Below are positions 9,952 to 19,814 of a DNA stretch of 64,000 nt, one piece after another (positions within the stretch are counted from its first letter, which is position 1; every line of letters begins with the position of its first letter). The stretch comes from Anaerolineae bacterium (lineage in GTDB: Bacteria > Desulfobacterota > Desulfobacteria > Desulfobacterales > ETH-SRB1): NCBI GenBank assembly GCA_035529315.1, contig DATKWZ010000016.1:88464-152463 (forward strand), written 5' to 3'. The translations under genes were made by a program, and so were the position numbers. The notes beneath the pieces are model-generated. The model was not told the DNA's origin, did not search any database, and saw only the letters and a list, made by a program, of their open reading frames with translations.

Positions 9952-10118
9952 AATTTCCAAACTATTCAGGTCAGGCTGTTCGGGCTGCAGACTGTCAGTT
10001 TTTGCGCATTTTGATTCGCAATCAGTATATCAATCTTTTTTATTGAAACATATAAGATGGTCGACTATCATACAGGTGTGGTCGGTTACAACTAAAATGA
10101 TTAAAGGATATTTATTAT

Positions 10119-11468
10119 ATGAAACCTATTGTCGCCATAGTCGGCAGGCCCAACGTCGGCAAATCAACATTTTTCAATCGTATCACCAGATCAAAGGATG
10201 CTCTTGTTGACAATTTCCCTGGTGTTACAAGGGATAGAATTTATGGTGATGCAAGCTGGAATGATATTGAATTTACACTTGTTGATACAGGTGGATTTTC
10301 ATTGGAAGATAAGGATGATTTTGCGTATCAGATACGCTTCCAGGTTAAGCAGGCAATTGAAGACGCAGATGTTATTATTGTTCTGCTTGATGGAAAGCAG
10401 GGGCTCTCTCCTTTTGATATAGATATTGTCAAGATTCTCCGCTCGGTTACAAAGCCTGTTTTTTATGTAGTAAATAAAATTGACGGGCCAGAGCATGAAA
10501 AAAACATATTCGATTTTTACAGTCTTGGCATTGAAAAGTTATATTCTGTTTCCGCGGAACATCGTTACGGCATATATGACTTTCTTGATGATCTGATTCT
10601 CGCTCTTCCGAAATCTGCTCCGGAAAAATTATCAGATATCATAAAGCTTGCCGTGGTCGGCAGGCCAAATGTCGGCAAATCATCACTTATAAACCGCATT
10701 CTTGGAGAAAACCGTGTTCTTGTCAGCGATATCCCCGGCACAACGCGTGACTCTGTTGACTCTGTCTGCGATATTAACGGCAAATCATATCTTCTTATTG
10801 ATACTGCCGGAATAAGGCGAAAAGGAAAGGTGTCGAAAAAGCTTGAAAAGTTTTCAATCATAAAGGCGCTAAGAAGCCTTGACAGGTGTGACGTGGCGCT
10901 TATTGTCCTGGATGCCGGCGAAGGGATTACAGAACAGGACATAAATATCGCTGGATATGCTTTTGAGCGCGGCTGCGGCTGTATTCTTATGCTGAACAAA
11001 TGGGATCTTGTTGAAAAAGACACCAATACGGCAAAAAAATACTACGACCAGCTGAAAATGGAAGCAAAGTATCTGAGCTTTGCTCCTGCCATAACGATCT
11101 CAGCATTAACCGGTCAAAGAGTTTCAACAATCTTTAAACTTGTGGATGAAGTTTACGACCAGTATGCCCTGCGTATAGGAACCGGTCAGATAAACAGGAT
11201 ATTAGAACGGGCAGTCGAAAAAAATGAGCCGTCTATTCACATGGGAAAACGGCTTAAATTCTATTATGCCACGCAGGCATCAGCAAAACCGCCTACCTTT
11301 ATCTGTTTTGTCAATTATCCTGATGCCATCCATTTTTCCTACAAGAGATATCTTATCAATCAGATTAGGGCTGAAGCAGGTCTTGACAAAACACCTGTCC
11401 GGCTATTCTTCCGGCAGCGAACAGGAAAAGATGATAAAAGGTATTCAAAAAACAAAAAAAGAAAGTAA
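10119..11468 (+). CDS. der: ribosome-associated GTPase Der (EngA), two G domains + KH-like domain
   Basis: Two P-loops (GRPNVGKST and GRPNVGKSS), DTGG/DTAG motifs and NKID/NKWD motifs. Confidence 0.96.
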   Translation: MKPIVAIVGRPNVGKSTFFNRITRSKDALVDNFPGVTRDRIYGDASWNDIEFTLVDTGGFSLEDKDDFAYQIRFQVKQAIEDADVIIVLLDGKQGLSPFDIDIVKILRSVTKPVFYVVNKIDGPEHEKNIFDFYSLGIEKLYSVSAEHRYGIYDFLDDLILALPKSAPEKLSDIIKLAVVGRPNVGKSSLINRILGENRVLVSDIPGTTRDSVDSVCDINGKSYLLIDTAGIRRKGKVSKKLEKFSIIKALRSLDRCDVALIVLDAGEGITEQDINIAGYAFERGCGCILMLNKWDLVEKDTNTAKKYYDQLKMEAKYLSFAPAITISALTGQRVSTIFKLVDEVYDQYALRIGTGQINRILERAVEKNEPSIHMGKRLKFYYATQASAKPPTFICFVNYPDAIHFSYKRYLINQIRAEAGLDKTPVRLFFRQRTGKDDKRYSKNKKRK

Positions 11469-11693
11469 CATTTAAGCCATTTGAAAAAAATTAGACAGGA
11501 TAACAGGATAAACAAGATAACAACAAAAAAAAAGGTTTTGTTCAGGCACTAATTATTAATTTTGGTGAACTAAAAATTAAAATCAAACGCAAAGTAAAAG
11601 ATTTTGATGAGGATTTACAAGATGGGTTTTGATGTTTTTTTTTAATCCTGAACATCCTGTTAATCCTGTCAAAGAACTCTCGAAGGGTAAAAT

Positions 11694-13061
11694 TTGGATC
11701 TGTTTGAATATAGAGCGCAGAAGGCATCAGCCGCATCAAAACCACTGGCCGAAAGGATGCGTCCGAAGAGTCTTGATGAATTTATTGGACAAAGCCATGT
11801 TGTGGGCAACGGGACTTTGATTCGTAAAGCCATTGAAAAAGACCGAATTTTTTCAATGATTCTCTGGGGGCCTCCTGGATGCGGGAAAACAACTCTTGCC
11901 AGGATTATTGCCAATGAAACCGGTTCATATTTTGTTCATTTCTCTGCTGTGCTTTCGGGCGTCAAGGAGATAAGATCTGTTATAGAAGATGCAAAAAATC
12001 AGCAAAAGCTTTACCAGAAAAGCACCATACTTTTTGTGGATGAAATACACAGATTCAACAAGGCTCAGCAGGATGCATTTCTTCATCATGTGGAAAGCGG
12101 CCTTATAACATTAATCGGTGCTACCACGGAAAATCCTTCCTTTGAAGTAATACCGCCTCTTTTATCCAGATGCCGCCTGATAATCTTAAATACCCTGTCA
12201 TCTGATAATATTGCGGCTATAATTGATCATAGCCTGAAAGACAGTGAAAGAGGCCTTGGAAAAATGAGCCTTGTGCTTGACAGGGATGCTCTCTTATTTC
12301 TTATACAAATCGCCGAAGGGGACGCCCGCATCGCGTTAAACAACCTTGAAATAGCGGCTTCTTTGCTCATGCCTGAAACAGAACCTGTTCAAAACGCGAC
12401 AACCGGGCATATAACTTTGCAGGTTATTGAGACAGCCTTGCAGAAAAAGGCTCTTTTATATGACAAGTCAGGTGAAGAGCATTTTAATCTTATATCGGCC
12501 TTTCACAAAAGCCTGCGGGGAAGCGATCCGGACGCGGCTATTTACTGGCTCGAGCGCATGCTGTCTGCCGGAGAAAACCCCTTATATGTTGCCCGCAGGA
12601 TGGTCAGGTTTGCATCCGAAGACGTGGGGAATGCAGATCCATATGCGCTCGGAATCGCTTTAAACGCCATGGAAGCATTTAAGTTTTTAGGACACCCTGA
12701 AGGGGATCTGGCTCTAACCCAGGCTGCTGTTTATCTTGCAACAGCGCCGAAAAGCAACAGTATATACACCTCTTCTAAAATGGTTAAAAAAGAGATTGAA
12801 AGTTCAGGCTCGCAACCTGTTCCGCTGCACATAAGGAATGCTCCAACCAGATTGATGAAAGAGATAGGGTATGGAAAAGATTACAAGTATGCGCATGACT
12901 ATGAAGAAGGATTTACTCCCCAGAACTATTTGCCGGAAAAACTCCAGAGCAGGTTTTACTACTCTCCGACAAACAGGGGATATGAAAAGACAATAAAACA
13001 AAGACTTGAAAAATGGCGGGACCTCAGAAAAATTAAGACTAAAAAGGAAATCAAAACATAA
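11694..13061 (+). CDS. rarA: replication-associated recombination protein A (AAA+ ATPase RarA/MgsA)
   Basis: LAERMRPKSLDEFIGQ, Walker A GPPGCGKTT, Walker B ILFVDEIHRFNK, and the MgsA C-terminal region YDKSGEEHFNLISAFHKSLRGSD. TTG start. Confidence 0.94.
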   Translation: MDLFEYRAQKASAASKPLAERMRPKSLDEFIGQSHVVGNGTLIRKAIEKDRIFSMILWGPPGCGKTTLARIIANETGSYFVHFSAVLSGVKEIRSVIEDAKNQQKLYQKSTILFVDEIHRFNKAQQDAFLHHVESGLITLIGATTENPSFEVIPPLLSRCRLIILNTLSSDNIAAIIDHSLKDSERGLGKMSLVLDRDALLFLIQIAEGDARIALNNLEIAASLLMPETEPVQNATTGHITLQVIETALQKKALLYDKSGEEHFNLISAFHKSLRGSDPDAAIYWLERMLSAGENPLYVARRMVRFASEDVGNADPYALGIALNAMEAFKFLGHPEGDLALTQAAVYLATAPKSNSIYTSSKMVKKEIESSGSQPVPLHIRNAPTRLMKEIGYGKDYKYAHDYEEGFTPQNYLPEKLQSRFYYSPTNRGYEKTIKQRLEKWRDLRKIKTKKEIKT

Positions 13062-13101
13062 ACCATACGGCTGAGACAGGAAAAGGGCATTTTTCAGCGG
13101 A

Positions 13102-13132
13102 ATCGTGATTCGTAAAATCAGCTGATCACGAT
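13102..13132. terminator. stem-loop between convergent rarA and acs
   Basis: atcgtgat-N15-atcacgat is an 8-bp perfect stem. The right arm overlaps the acs stop codon. There is no clean U-tract, so its function as a terminator is uncertain. Confidence 0.3.
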
Positions 13133-15156
13133 GTGACCCTCCTGATTTCATCAACGATTTCAGGATTAGCCAACGTAGATACATCACCTACGTCCTTTTT
13201 ATTTGAAATAGCTCCAAGCACCCTGCGCATGATCTTGCCGGAACGTGTCTTGGGCATGTCAGATACAAGCCAGACCTTTCTCGGCCTTGCAATCTTTCCT
13301 ATTGTGTCACAAATCTTTGCTGAAATCTTCATTGCCAGTTCATCGGTCGGCTCATATCCCGGCTTTAAAGAAATATACAGATCAGGGACAACCCCCTTTA
13401 TCTCATCGGAAACAGGAACAACGGCTGCCTCGGCAACCTCCATTACCGTAAGGGCGGCAGACTCGATTTCTTTGGTTCCCAGCCTGTGGCCTGAAACATT
13501 GATTACATCGTCAATTCTACCAAGAATACGATAGTATCCGTCTTCAGCATTCATAGCGGCATCGCCTGAAAGATACGGCCAGTCTCGCCAATCTTTACTG
13601 TTTTTGTCCTTGCAGTATTTTGCATAATAGGTTGAAACATATCGATCCCTATCTCCCCATATTGTCTGAAACGCGCCAGGCCAGGGATTCCTTATACAAA
13701 TGTTGCCTGCCCTGCCCTCTCCGGCCTTTATTTCATTTCCAAGCTCATCATAAATAATCGGATAAATGCCGGGTACTCCAGGGCCGGCGCTTCCAGGCTT
13801 CATCGGTTTTACTGCCGGCACGGTGCTGCAAAGAAACCCACCGGTTTCTGTTTGCCACCATGTATCAACTATTACAGCTTCATTCTTTCCGATCACCTTA
13901 TGATACCATCGCCAGACTTCGGGTTCAATCGGCTCTCCAACAGTTGTCATATGCTTAAAATGATGATTATACTTTTTAGGCAGATCAGGATCAATTTTTC
14001 TTAATGCCCGTATAACGGTCGGAGCTGTATGGAAGATGTTTATATCAAGCTCTTCCGCTATCCTCCATGCGCGGCCCGCATCAGGATAGGTGGGGACCCC
14101 TTCGTAAATCACCGTTGAGGCACATAGAGACAGGGGACCGTAAACTATGTATGAATGGCCTGTAATCCATCCAATATCAGCCATACACCAGTAAACATCT
14201 TCCGGATGGATATCCTGAATATACTTTGATGTACCCGTCACATAGGCAAGATAGCCTCCTGTGCTGTGCTGGCACCCTTTTGGTTTTCCTGTCGTACCGC
14301 TGGTATACATGAGAAAAAGAGGATCTTCAGCCGGCATTGGAACAGAATCTACCTTTTTCCCACGGTAATCTTTAAGTAAATCATTTATAAAATAATCACG
14401 TCCTTCAATCATCGGTGCAGGAGTTGAATTTTTCCCGGGATAACGTTGCCATACAAGCACCTTATTAACATTCTGGCCGTCCTTTTTTGCAAAATCAACA
14501 GCTATATCGGCATTTTGTTTATGGTCAATCAATTTCCCGTTTCTATAATAACCGTCAATGGTAATAAGCACTTTGCTTTTAGAATCAACTATCCTGTCTG
14601 CACACGCCTTTCCACTGAACCCTCCAAATACTTCACAGTGAATAACTCCGAGCCTGGCGCAGGCAAGCATTGTTATTGGGAGTTCAGCCGTCATAGGCAA
14701 ATGAAGTGTTACCGTATCTCCTGCCTTTAAACCCGCAAAATCCTGAAGAAGTGCCGCGACCTCGTTAACCCGCACATAAAGTTCCTGATATGTGATATGC
14801 TGAACCCGTTCGTTTTCAGGTTCCGGTACAAAATGAATGGCGGTTTTGTTTTTATTCTTCTCAAGATGCCTGTCAACGCAGTTGTAACACGCGTTTATCT
14901 TTCCGCCTGTAAACCATTTCCAGCACGGGGCATCGCTTGTATCCAAAACAGTATCCCACTTCTTGTCCCAGTGTAAAAGATCAGCATATTCCGTGTAACA
15001 TTCAGGGAAATTATCCAAAGCAAAACGCTCGTAAATTGTTTTATCCTTTATGTTGGCCTGTTCAATAAATTCTTTGGAAGGATAAACATATTCCTCCTCC
15101 TTCCAGTGAACAGCTATTTGAGCTTCTGATGTTTCTACTGCTTCATTTTTTGTCAT
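13126..15156 (-). CDS. acs: acetyl-CoA synthetase (AMP-forming)
   Basis: YTSGTTGKPKG AMP-binding motif, WWQTETGG, and C-terminal PKTRSGKIMRR. The start is moved to ATG 15156 (MTKNEAVETSEAQ...), preceded by tGAGGAGGttaatt. The 49-aa extension in the track ORF has no SD. Confidence 0.94.
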   Translation of the reverse strand: MTKNEAVETSEAQIAVHWKEEEYVYPSKEFIEQANIKDKTIYERFALDNFPECYTEYADLLHWDKKWDTVLDTSDAPCWKWFTGGKINACYNCVDRHLEKNKNKTAIHFVPEPENERVQHITYQELYVRVNEVAALLQDFAGLKAGDTVTLHLPMTAELPITMLACARLGVIHCEVFGGFSGKACADRIVDSKSKVLITIDGYYRNGKLIDHKQNADIAVDFAKKDGQNVNKVLVWQRYPGKNSTPAPMIEGRDYFINDLLKDYRGKKVDSVPMPAEDPLFLMYTSGTTGKPKGCQHSTGGYLAYVTGTSKYIQDIHPEDVYWCMADIGWITGHSYIVYGPLSLCASTVIYEGVPTYPDAGRAWRIAEELDINIFHTAPTVIRALRKIDPDLPKKYNHHFKHMTTVGEPIEPEVWRWYHKVIGKNEAVIVDTWWQTETGGFLCSTVPAVKPMKPGSAGPGVPGIYPIIYDELGNEIKAGEGRAGNICIRNPWPGAFQTIWGDRDRYVSTYYAKYCKDKNSKDWRDWPYLSGDAAMNAEDGYYRILGRIDDVINVSGHRLGTKEIESAALTVMEVAEAAVVPVSDEIKGVVPDLYISLKPGYEPTDELAMKISAKICDTIGKIARPRKVWLVSDMPKTRSGKIMRRVLGAISNKKDVGDVSTLANPEIVDEIRRVTS

Positions 15157-15261
15157 AATTAACCTCCTCAAAAATGAACTACCCTGCCGCAAGCAGAGGG
15201 GTATCTTTAAAAATATTGAACGCCCCAAGGGGCGGGAAATAAAACCCTGCTGTGATTTAAC

Positions 15262-15290
15262 AAAAAAACCCTTGAAAACACCAAGGGTTG
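15262..15290 (-). terminator. rho-independent terminator after the TetR gene
   Basis: The minus strand reads caacCCTTGgtgttttCAAGGgttttttt: a 5-bp GC-containing stem (CCTTG/CAAGG) followed by a T7 run. Confidence 0.6.
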
Positions 15291-15339
15291 TTAAAAACGT
15301 CATTCTTGTTTTTTATCAATCTCAAAACTACTCTAAGCT

Positions 15340-15975
15340 CTATTTCCCCTTTTTTATTCCAAGCAAAAATACTTCAAATGCTGTTTCAAGAGCCTGTTTT
15401 AAATAATCTTTATTATTATACATTATTTTTTTACTTTCTCCCCAGAGAACAATACCGGAAAATAACGCCCACAGCTGGTCGGCAAGAGCTTCAGGTTTTT
15501 TGTCAATAATAACGCCTTTGTTAATCCCTTCATTAAATATATCGGACATTGCGCTAAGAGAGCTGTTAAAAAGTTTTTTGATATCTGCAAGGAGTTGCGG
15601 TGATAAGTTTTTGAGAATTTCACTTGATTGAAGACGAAACAGGTTTATAAGGATTAATGGATCAAATTCATAAACATCAATTATAGTCTTCTTTAATGCC
15701 TCTAATTTTTGTTGTCCATCCAACTCCTTTTCAGAGCTTACATGCCTTAATCTGATATTTAGATATTGAAGTATTCTAAGAGAAAGGGAGGCGCATAGCT
15801 CATCTTTGTTCTTGAAATAAAGATAAAGGGTGCCCGGGCTGAGTTCGGCTTCCCTGGCAATATCTTCCATTGTTACCTTGGCAAAGCCTTTATTATAAAA
15901 CACCCTTTTTGCAGCCAACATGATCTGCTGACGCCTTCTTCCCCTTTCACGCTCTTTTCTTTCCTGTATTCCCAT
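15340..15975 (-). CDS. TetR/AcrR family transcriptional regulator
   Basis: The N-terminal [43 protein letters not shown] is a typical TetR_N domain. Confidence 0.9.
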   Translation of the reverse strand: MGIQERKERERGRRRQQIMLAAKRVFYNKGFAKVTMEDIAREAELSPGTLYLYFKNKDELCASLSLRILQYLNIRLRHVSSEKELDGQQKLEALKKTIIDVYEFDPLILINLFRLQSSEILKNLSPQLLADIKKLFNSSLSAMSDIFNEGINKGVIIDKKPEALADQLWALFSGIVLWGESKKIMYNNKDYLKQALETAFEVFLLGIKKGK

Positions 15976-16045
15976 AATTTGCTGAATCTGATTTATTTGT
16001 TAAAACTTACTTTAATATATTTTTTTTATTTAGTCAAGAAAAAAA

Positions 16046-16291
16046 TCAGGGCGACCCTGTGAATTCAAAGCTTAATTTTGTTTGAATCTTTTCTATCCTT
16101 TTGAATATTTCTTTCAGCATTGCCTGTTCTATGCTGGAAAGTTTCTTTGGATTAACGTAATTGTCCAGCTTTCTATTTTCATCAATAACCGATGTAATCT
16201 GCCGAATAAATCTTAGCTGCATTAAAAAACTGTAGGCTTGTTCAAGTTCATTATAGTCCTGCCAGTATAAAACCTTAAAGTATTTTTTCAA
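16046..16291 (-). CDS. DUF294_C-like (putative nucleotidyltransferase substrate-binding) fragment, 81 aa
   Basis: AYSFLMQLRFIRQ...NYVNPKKLSSIEQAMLKEIFKRIEKIQTKL resembles the C-terminal helical domain of CBS/cNMP-DUF294 proteins. It lacks the catalytic N-terminal part, so it may be a gene remnant. Confidence 0.45.
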   Translation of the reverse strand: MKKYFKVLYWQDYNELEQAYSFLMQLRFIRQITSVIDENRKLDNYVNPKKLSSIEQAMLKEIFKRIEKIQTKLSFEFTGSP

Positions 16292-17225
16292 GGATGGGGT
16301 TTTCCACGATGTTGTTTAGTTTGACGGCACATTCTTGAAGCTCCTTAATAGTGTTAAACCTTAAATTTAACATATAGGTCCGGCCTTCAAAATCAGCTGG
16401 AGGGATTAGTTTTATGTCGCTGCCAAGCTTTAGCTCCTTGACATTGTTTTCAAATTCTCTTTTTGCTCTTGTTATTTCAGGAAATCGCCTCTGCTTTAAA
16501 TAAGCTCTAATTTTTTGGGTTTTTTGCGTCCGGTCAATATCCTCTCTGTTTAAAATATCCGGAAAATCGCATTTGTGCAGCGCTTCCATTATAGAGATAT
16601 TTTCGCGAAATGCGATCTCTTTAATCAGGGTAATTATTTCTTTTTGCTTATTTAAACTTAATTTAAATTCATGAAAAAGGTTTGCCAGTAAAATCGCCGC
16701 ATCCTGTTCAAGCATGCCTAACTCCACGGCTATACTTAAAGGAATACTGTTTGAAAGTATGCAATCCTGAACACCCAATGGGAGACGGCAGATATTTTTA
16801 ATTTTTTTTATCAAAGCTGGATTTTCCGGAAAACCAAGGTCCGAAGCTGCTTTAGAAAGGCTGACAGAATCTTTATAAAAGCTGGAAAGCATGCTTAACG
16901 CTTTAGACTTTTCGATCAGGTTAAGCTGCCTTTGCATGGCATTATCTGTTATTGCAATTTTTGCGCATTGAAGTCTGCTTGTATCAGAATCAAGTATTTT
17001 TGCTTCAAGAGCTGCACATCCAAGATATCGACATGCTTCAATCCTGCAGAAACCGCATATTATAATAAATGCCGATCCCTTTGCTATTAATAACGGCGGG
17101 TTTATCAACCCCACCTTATTAATGGAATTGATAAGATCATCTAGTTTTGTTTTGGTTGTTACACGGTAGGTATTATCTTCTGAATCAATACATGAGACAG
17201 GAACTGTCTTTATCTTAAAGCGCAT
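16275..17225 (-). CDS. ParB/Srx N-terminal-domain protein
   Basis: VPVSCIDSEDNTYRV...LINSINKVGLINPPLLI...IICGFCRIEACRYLG is a ParB-like nuclease-domain pattern. Confidence 0.6.
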   Translation of the reverse strand: MRFKIKTVPVSCIDSEDNTYRVTTKTKLDDLINSINKVGLINPPLLIAKGSAFIIICGFCRIEACRYLGCAALEAKILDSDTSRLQCAKIAITDNAMQRQLNLIEKSKALSMLSSFYKDSVSLSKAASDLGFPENPALIKKIKNICRLPLGVQDCILSNSIPLSIAVELGMLEQDAAILLANLFHEFKLSLNKQKEIITLIKEIAFRENISIMEALHKCDFPDILNREDIDRTQKTQKIRAYLKQRRFPEITRAKREFENNVKELKLGSDIKLIPPADFEGRTYMLNLRFNTIKELQECAVKLNNIVENPILEKIL

Positions 17226-17255
17226 AAGATTCTCGTTGATGGTTGCTGTAATCCT

Positions 17256-18155
17256 CTAACCCTCTAACCCTCTAACCCCTGTTAACAGTTTCAATGCCTG
17301 CATATATTTTTTACGTGTATTTTCAATTACTTCATTCGGGAGATTGGGCGCCGGCGGCTTTCTGTCCCAGTTTATGGAAATCAGGTAATCTCTAACATAT
17401 TGTTTGTCAAAACTTTTTTGCGAACCGCCTGGTCTGTAAGTCTCTTTTAACCAGAATCTTGATGAATCAGGTGTCAGCACCTCATCAATAAGGATTATGT
17501 CTTTACCAACGCGGCCGAATTCAAATTTTGTGTCTGCAATTATTATCCCTTTTTTATCAGCCAACTCAACACCTTTTTTATAGATTGCGATGCTAAGCTC
17601 TTTAACCCTGTTTGCATCTGCCTGCCCTATTCTCTTTGCGGTCTCTTCAAAATCTATATTTATATCATGGGTGCCTTTCTCCTCTTTTGTTGAAGGGGTA
17701 AAAACAGGTTCGGGAAGTCTGTCTGATTCTTTCAGGCCCTTAGGAAGCTTTATGCCGCAAACACTTCCTGATTTTTGGTAAGACAGCCAGCCTGATCCGG
17801 ATATATATCCTCTGACTACACATTCGACAGGAAGCGGCTCTGCTTTTTTAACGAGCATGCTTCTTCCCCGAAGTATTTCAGCATAAGGTTTGCATACAGA
17901 AGGATATTCATCCACATTGCTGGTAATAACATGGTTGGATAAAACAGACTCCATTACCTTAAACCAGAAGAGCGAAATTTGTGTTAGAATTTTTCCTTTT
18001 TCAGGAACAGGCTCCGGCATGATAACATCAAATGCGGAAATTCTATCGGTCGCTACCATTAAAAGGCATTCATCAAGGTCGTATATATCCCTCACCTTAC
18101 CGGTTTTTATTAAATTTAATTCAGGGAAATTAGTTTCAAATACTGTTTTTTCCAC
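17256..18155 (-). CDS. purC: phosphoribosylaminoimidazole-succinocarboxamide synthase (long form)
   Basis: [26 protein letters not shown] and [10 protein letters not shown] are SAICAR synthetase motifs. Confidence 0.95.
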   Translation of the reverse strand: MEKTVFETNFPELNLIKTGKVRDIYDLDECLLMVATDRISAFDVIMPEPVPEKGKILTQISLFWFKVMESVLSNHVITSNVDEYPSVCKPYAEILRGRSMLVKKAEPLPVECVVRGYISGSGWLSYQKSGSVCGIKLPKGLKESDRLPEPVFTPSTKEEKGTHDINIDFEETAKRIGQADANRVKELSIAIYKKGVELADKKGIIIADTKFEFGRVGKDIILIDEVLTPDSSRFWLKETYRPGGSQKSFDKQYVRDYLISINWDRKPPAPNLPNEVIENTRKKYMQALKLLTGVRGLEG

Positions 18156-18481
18156 AGCAAGATCCTTTCAGTTAAAGTTTTTAAAGGTCTCAAAGTTGGT
18201 TTACATATTGCCTGTCTCAGTTTAACCGAATTATATAAAACTACAAACTTCTTTTTTGTCTGTCAAATTAAATCGACTCTTGACCGGCTTGCTCCCCGCA
18301 AATCACGTGCTTGCATATTTTTGTAGCTGCGCAGGCATTCAGGCCTTAACCCTATAACTAACAGCCTTCAGCCTAAACAACCTGAATAATTACCATATTT
18401 TTTCTTGACACTCAGCCTGTTTCTTCATAAAAACAATAAGGTCGTTGACGATTCATTTATTGAAAGAAAGGGGTTAAAATT

Positions 18482-19021
18482 ATGAACCTGACATCTGTTA
18501 AAAAGAGCTTTCCTGCGACACTAATCGCAATCATGGTGGTCTTAAGTATCACAAGTTGCGTACCCATGAGACAACCACTCCAACCAAACCAAATAATGCC
18601 ACCATCCGCAAGGCTTGATAATGAAGGCGCCTATTTGTGTCCATATACACAGGATGGCGTTGTCGCTGAGTGGGTAGATAAGGCCATAAATGCCAAAATG
18701 GGTTCAACTATCGGCAAACACGCCGGTGCCTATCTTGGACAAAAAGCATTAGAGAATGTCCCCTTTGTCGGCGGATGGTTAGGAAGTATGGCCGGTGAAG
18801 CAGCGGGCCGAGCAATTGCCATTAAGGCGAGCGGCGGATGGGATTACATAAAAAGCACAAGCGATATTTCTTTTGATAATGCAAACGATCTTGCAGTGTA
18901 TATTTATGCAACATACTCTGCTAATGAACATTTCCAGGAAGTCCTCCAGGCAACCATGGAAATATACCCGGAGCTAAAAAAAGGGTATTATAACGCCCTT
19001 TTAAACGCTCCAGCCAAATAG
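18482..19021 (+). CDS. lipoprotein, unknown function
   Basis: Signal peptide plus lipobox (VVLSITSC). A Gly-rich segment GGWLGSMAGEAAGRA. First gene of a three-lipoprotein operon. Confidence 0.65.
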   Translation: MNLTSVKKSFPATLIAIMVVLSITSCVPMRQPLQPNQIMPPSARLDNEGAYLCPYTQDGVVAEWVDKAINAKMGSTIGKHAGAYLGQKALENVPFVGGWLGSMAGEAAGRAIAIKASGGWDYIKSTSDISFDNANDLAVYIYATYSANEHFQEVLQATMEIYPELKKGYYNALLNAPAK

Positions 19022-19027
19022 TACATT

Positions 19028-19690
19028 ATGGATTCAAATATGTTTTTTGCAATTAATCGTGAGTTGATAAAACTCGGTGTGGCTCTGTTTTCCCTGGCTA
19101 TTTTCTTTTCCGGTTGTGCAACAGCCCCAAGGCACGCGGGTGGTACTGCAGCGCACTATGTTGATCCAGGCCAACAGAGCGAAGTCTCCGGCGTCGGCAT
19201 TGAATCTCAAGACATCATTAATATGACCGATAAAATGATGAGCGATATACTGGCCACACCATTATTCTTCCAGACTAAGACACATCCTAAGGTTATCATT
19301 GATGCAGAATACTTTAAGAATGAAAGTTCTACGAGAATCAATAAGAATATGATTACAGATCGGCTCAGAACAGAGCTCAACCGAGCTGCTCGAGGCAAAA
19401 TGATATTTATCGGCCGAGAGTATCTGAATATGATGCTAAAAGAACTGCAATTAAAACAATTAGGCGTAATCAATGAAGGGGAATCCACATCAGAACCCAA
19501 GGCTTACGGAGGTGATTTTCGGCTGGGAGGACGTATTTCCACTATGGATTCGGTTGATCCCAAAACCGGCAGCTTTGCCCGATATCACCAGATTCTGTTT
19601 GAAATGATAGATTTAAATACCAGCGAAATAGTATGGAGCGGCTCCTATAACTTTAAAAAAGTCGGCCAGGAAGACATTATATACAGATAA
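19028..19690 (+). CDS. lipoprotein, LpoB-like (COG3417-type penicillin-binding-protein activator family; tentative)
   Basis: Lipobox FFSGC. The overall pattern (DIINMTDKMMSDIL...FRLGGRISTMD...YHQILFEMIDLNTSEIVWSG) resembles LpoB/FlgO-type lipoproteins from memory. Not searched. Confidence 0.45.
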   Translation: MDSNMFFAINRELIKLGVALFSLAIFFSGCATAPRHAGGTAAHYVDPGQQSEVSGVGIESQDIINMTDKMMSDILATPLFFQTKTHPKVIIDAEYFKNESSTRINKNMITDRLRTELNRAARGKMIFIGREYLNMMLKELQLKQLGVINEGESTSEPKAYGGDFRLGGRISTMDSVDPKTGSFARYHQILFEMIDLNTSEIVWSGSYNFKKVGQEDIIYR

Positions 19691-19814
19691 AATAATAACT
19701 AGCCGTTCACTGGTTCAGGTTTCACAAGGTTCACGGTTTTATGCAACCACTGAATGCTTTTCCGACCGGACTCCCGATTTCGCGGAAGTGACGTAAAAAT
19801 GAAAAAAGTCTGTA

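Noticed and set aside
10565-11026. Long antisense ORFs inside well-supported genes. Examples: 10565-11026 in der, 23705-24218 in the PGK-like gene, 53765-54388 in int, 5890-6282 in miaB and 62956-63456 in glnE
   Set aside because: Each lies fully within, and antisense or out of frame to, a gene with strong family motifs. None has a recognisable motif or an SD.
13126-15303. 725-aa version of acs with a 49-aa N-terminal extension
   Set aside because: The extension (MTFLTTLGVFKGFFVKSQQ...) overlaps the upstream terminator and has no SD. ATG 15156 has a perfect GAGGAGG SD and gives a normal Acs N-terminus.
18156-18481. Purine or ZTP riboswitch upstream of purC, and similarly upstream of purA at 21704-21760
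   Set aside because: I read both strands and found none of the conserved purine-riboswitch or pfl/ZTP core sequences. The purA spacer is too short.
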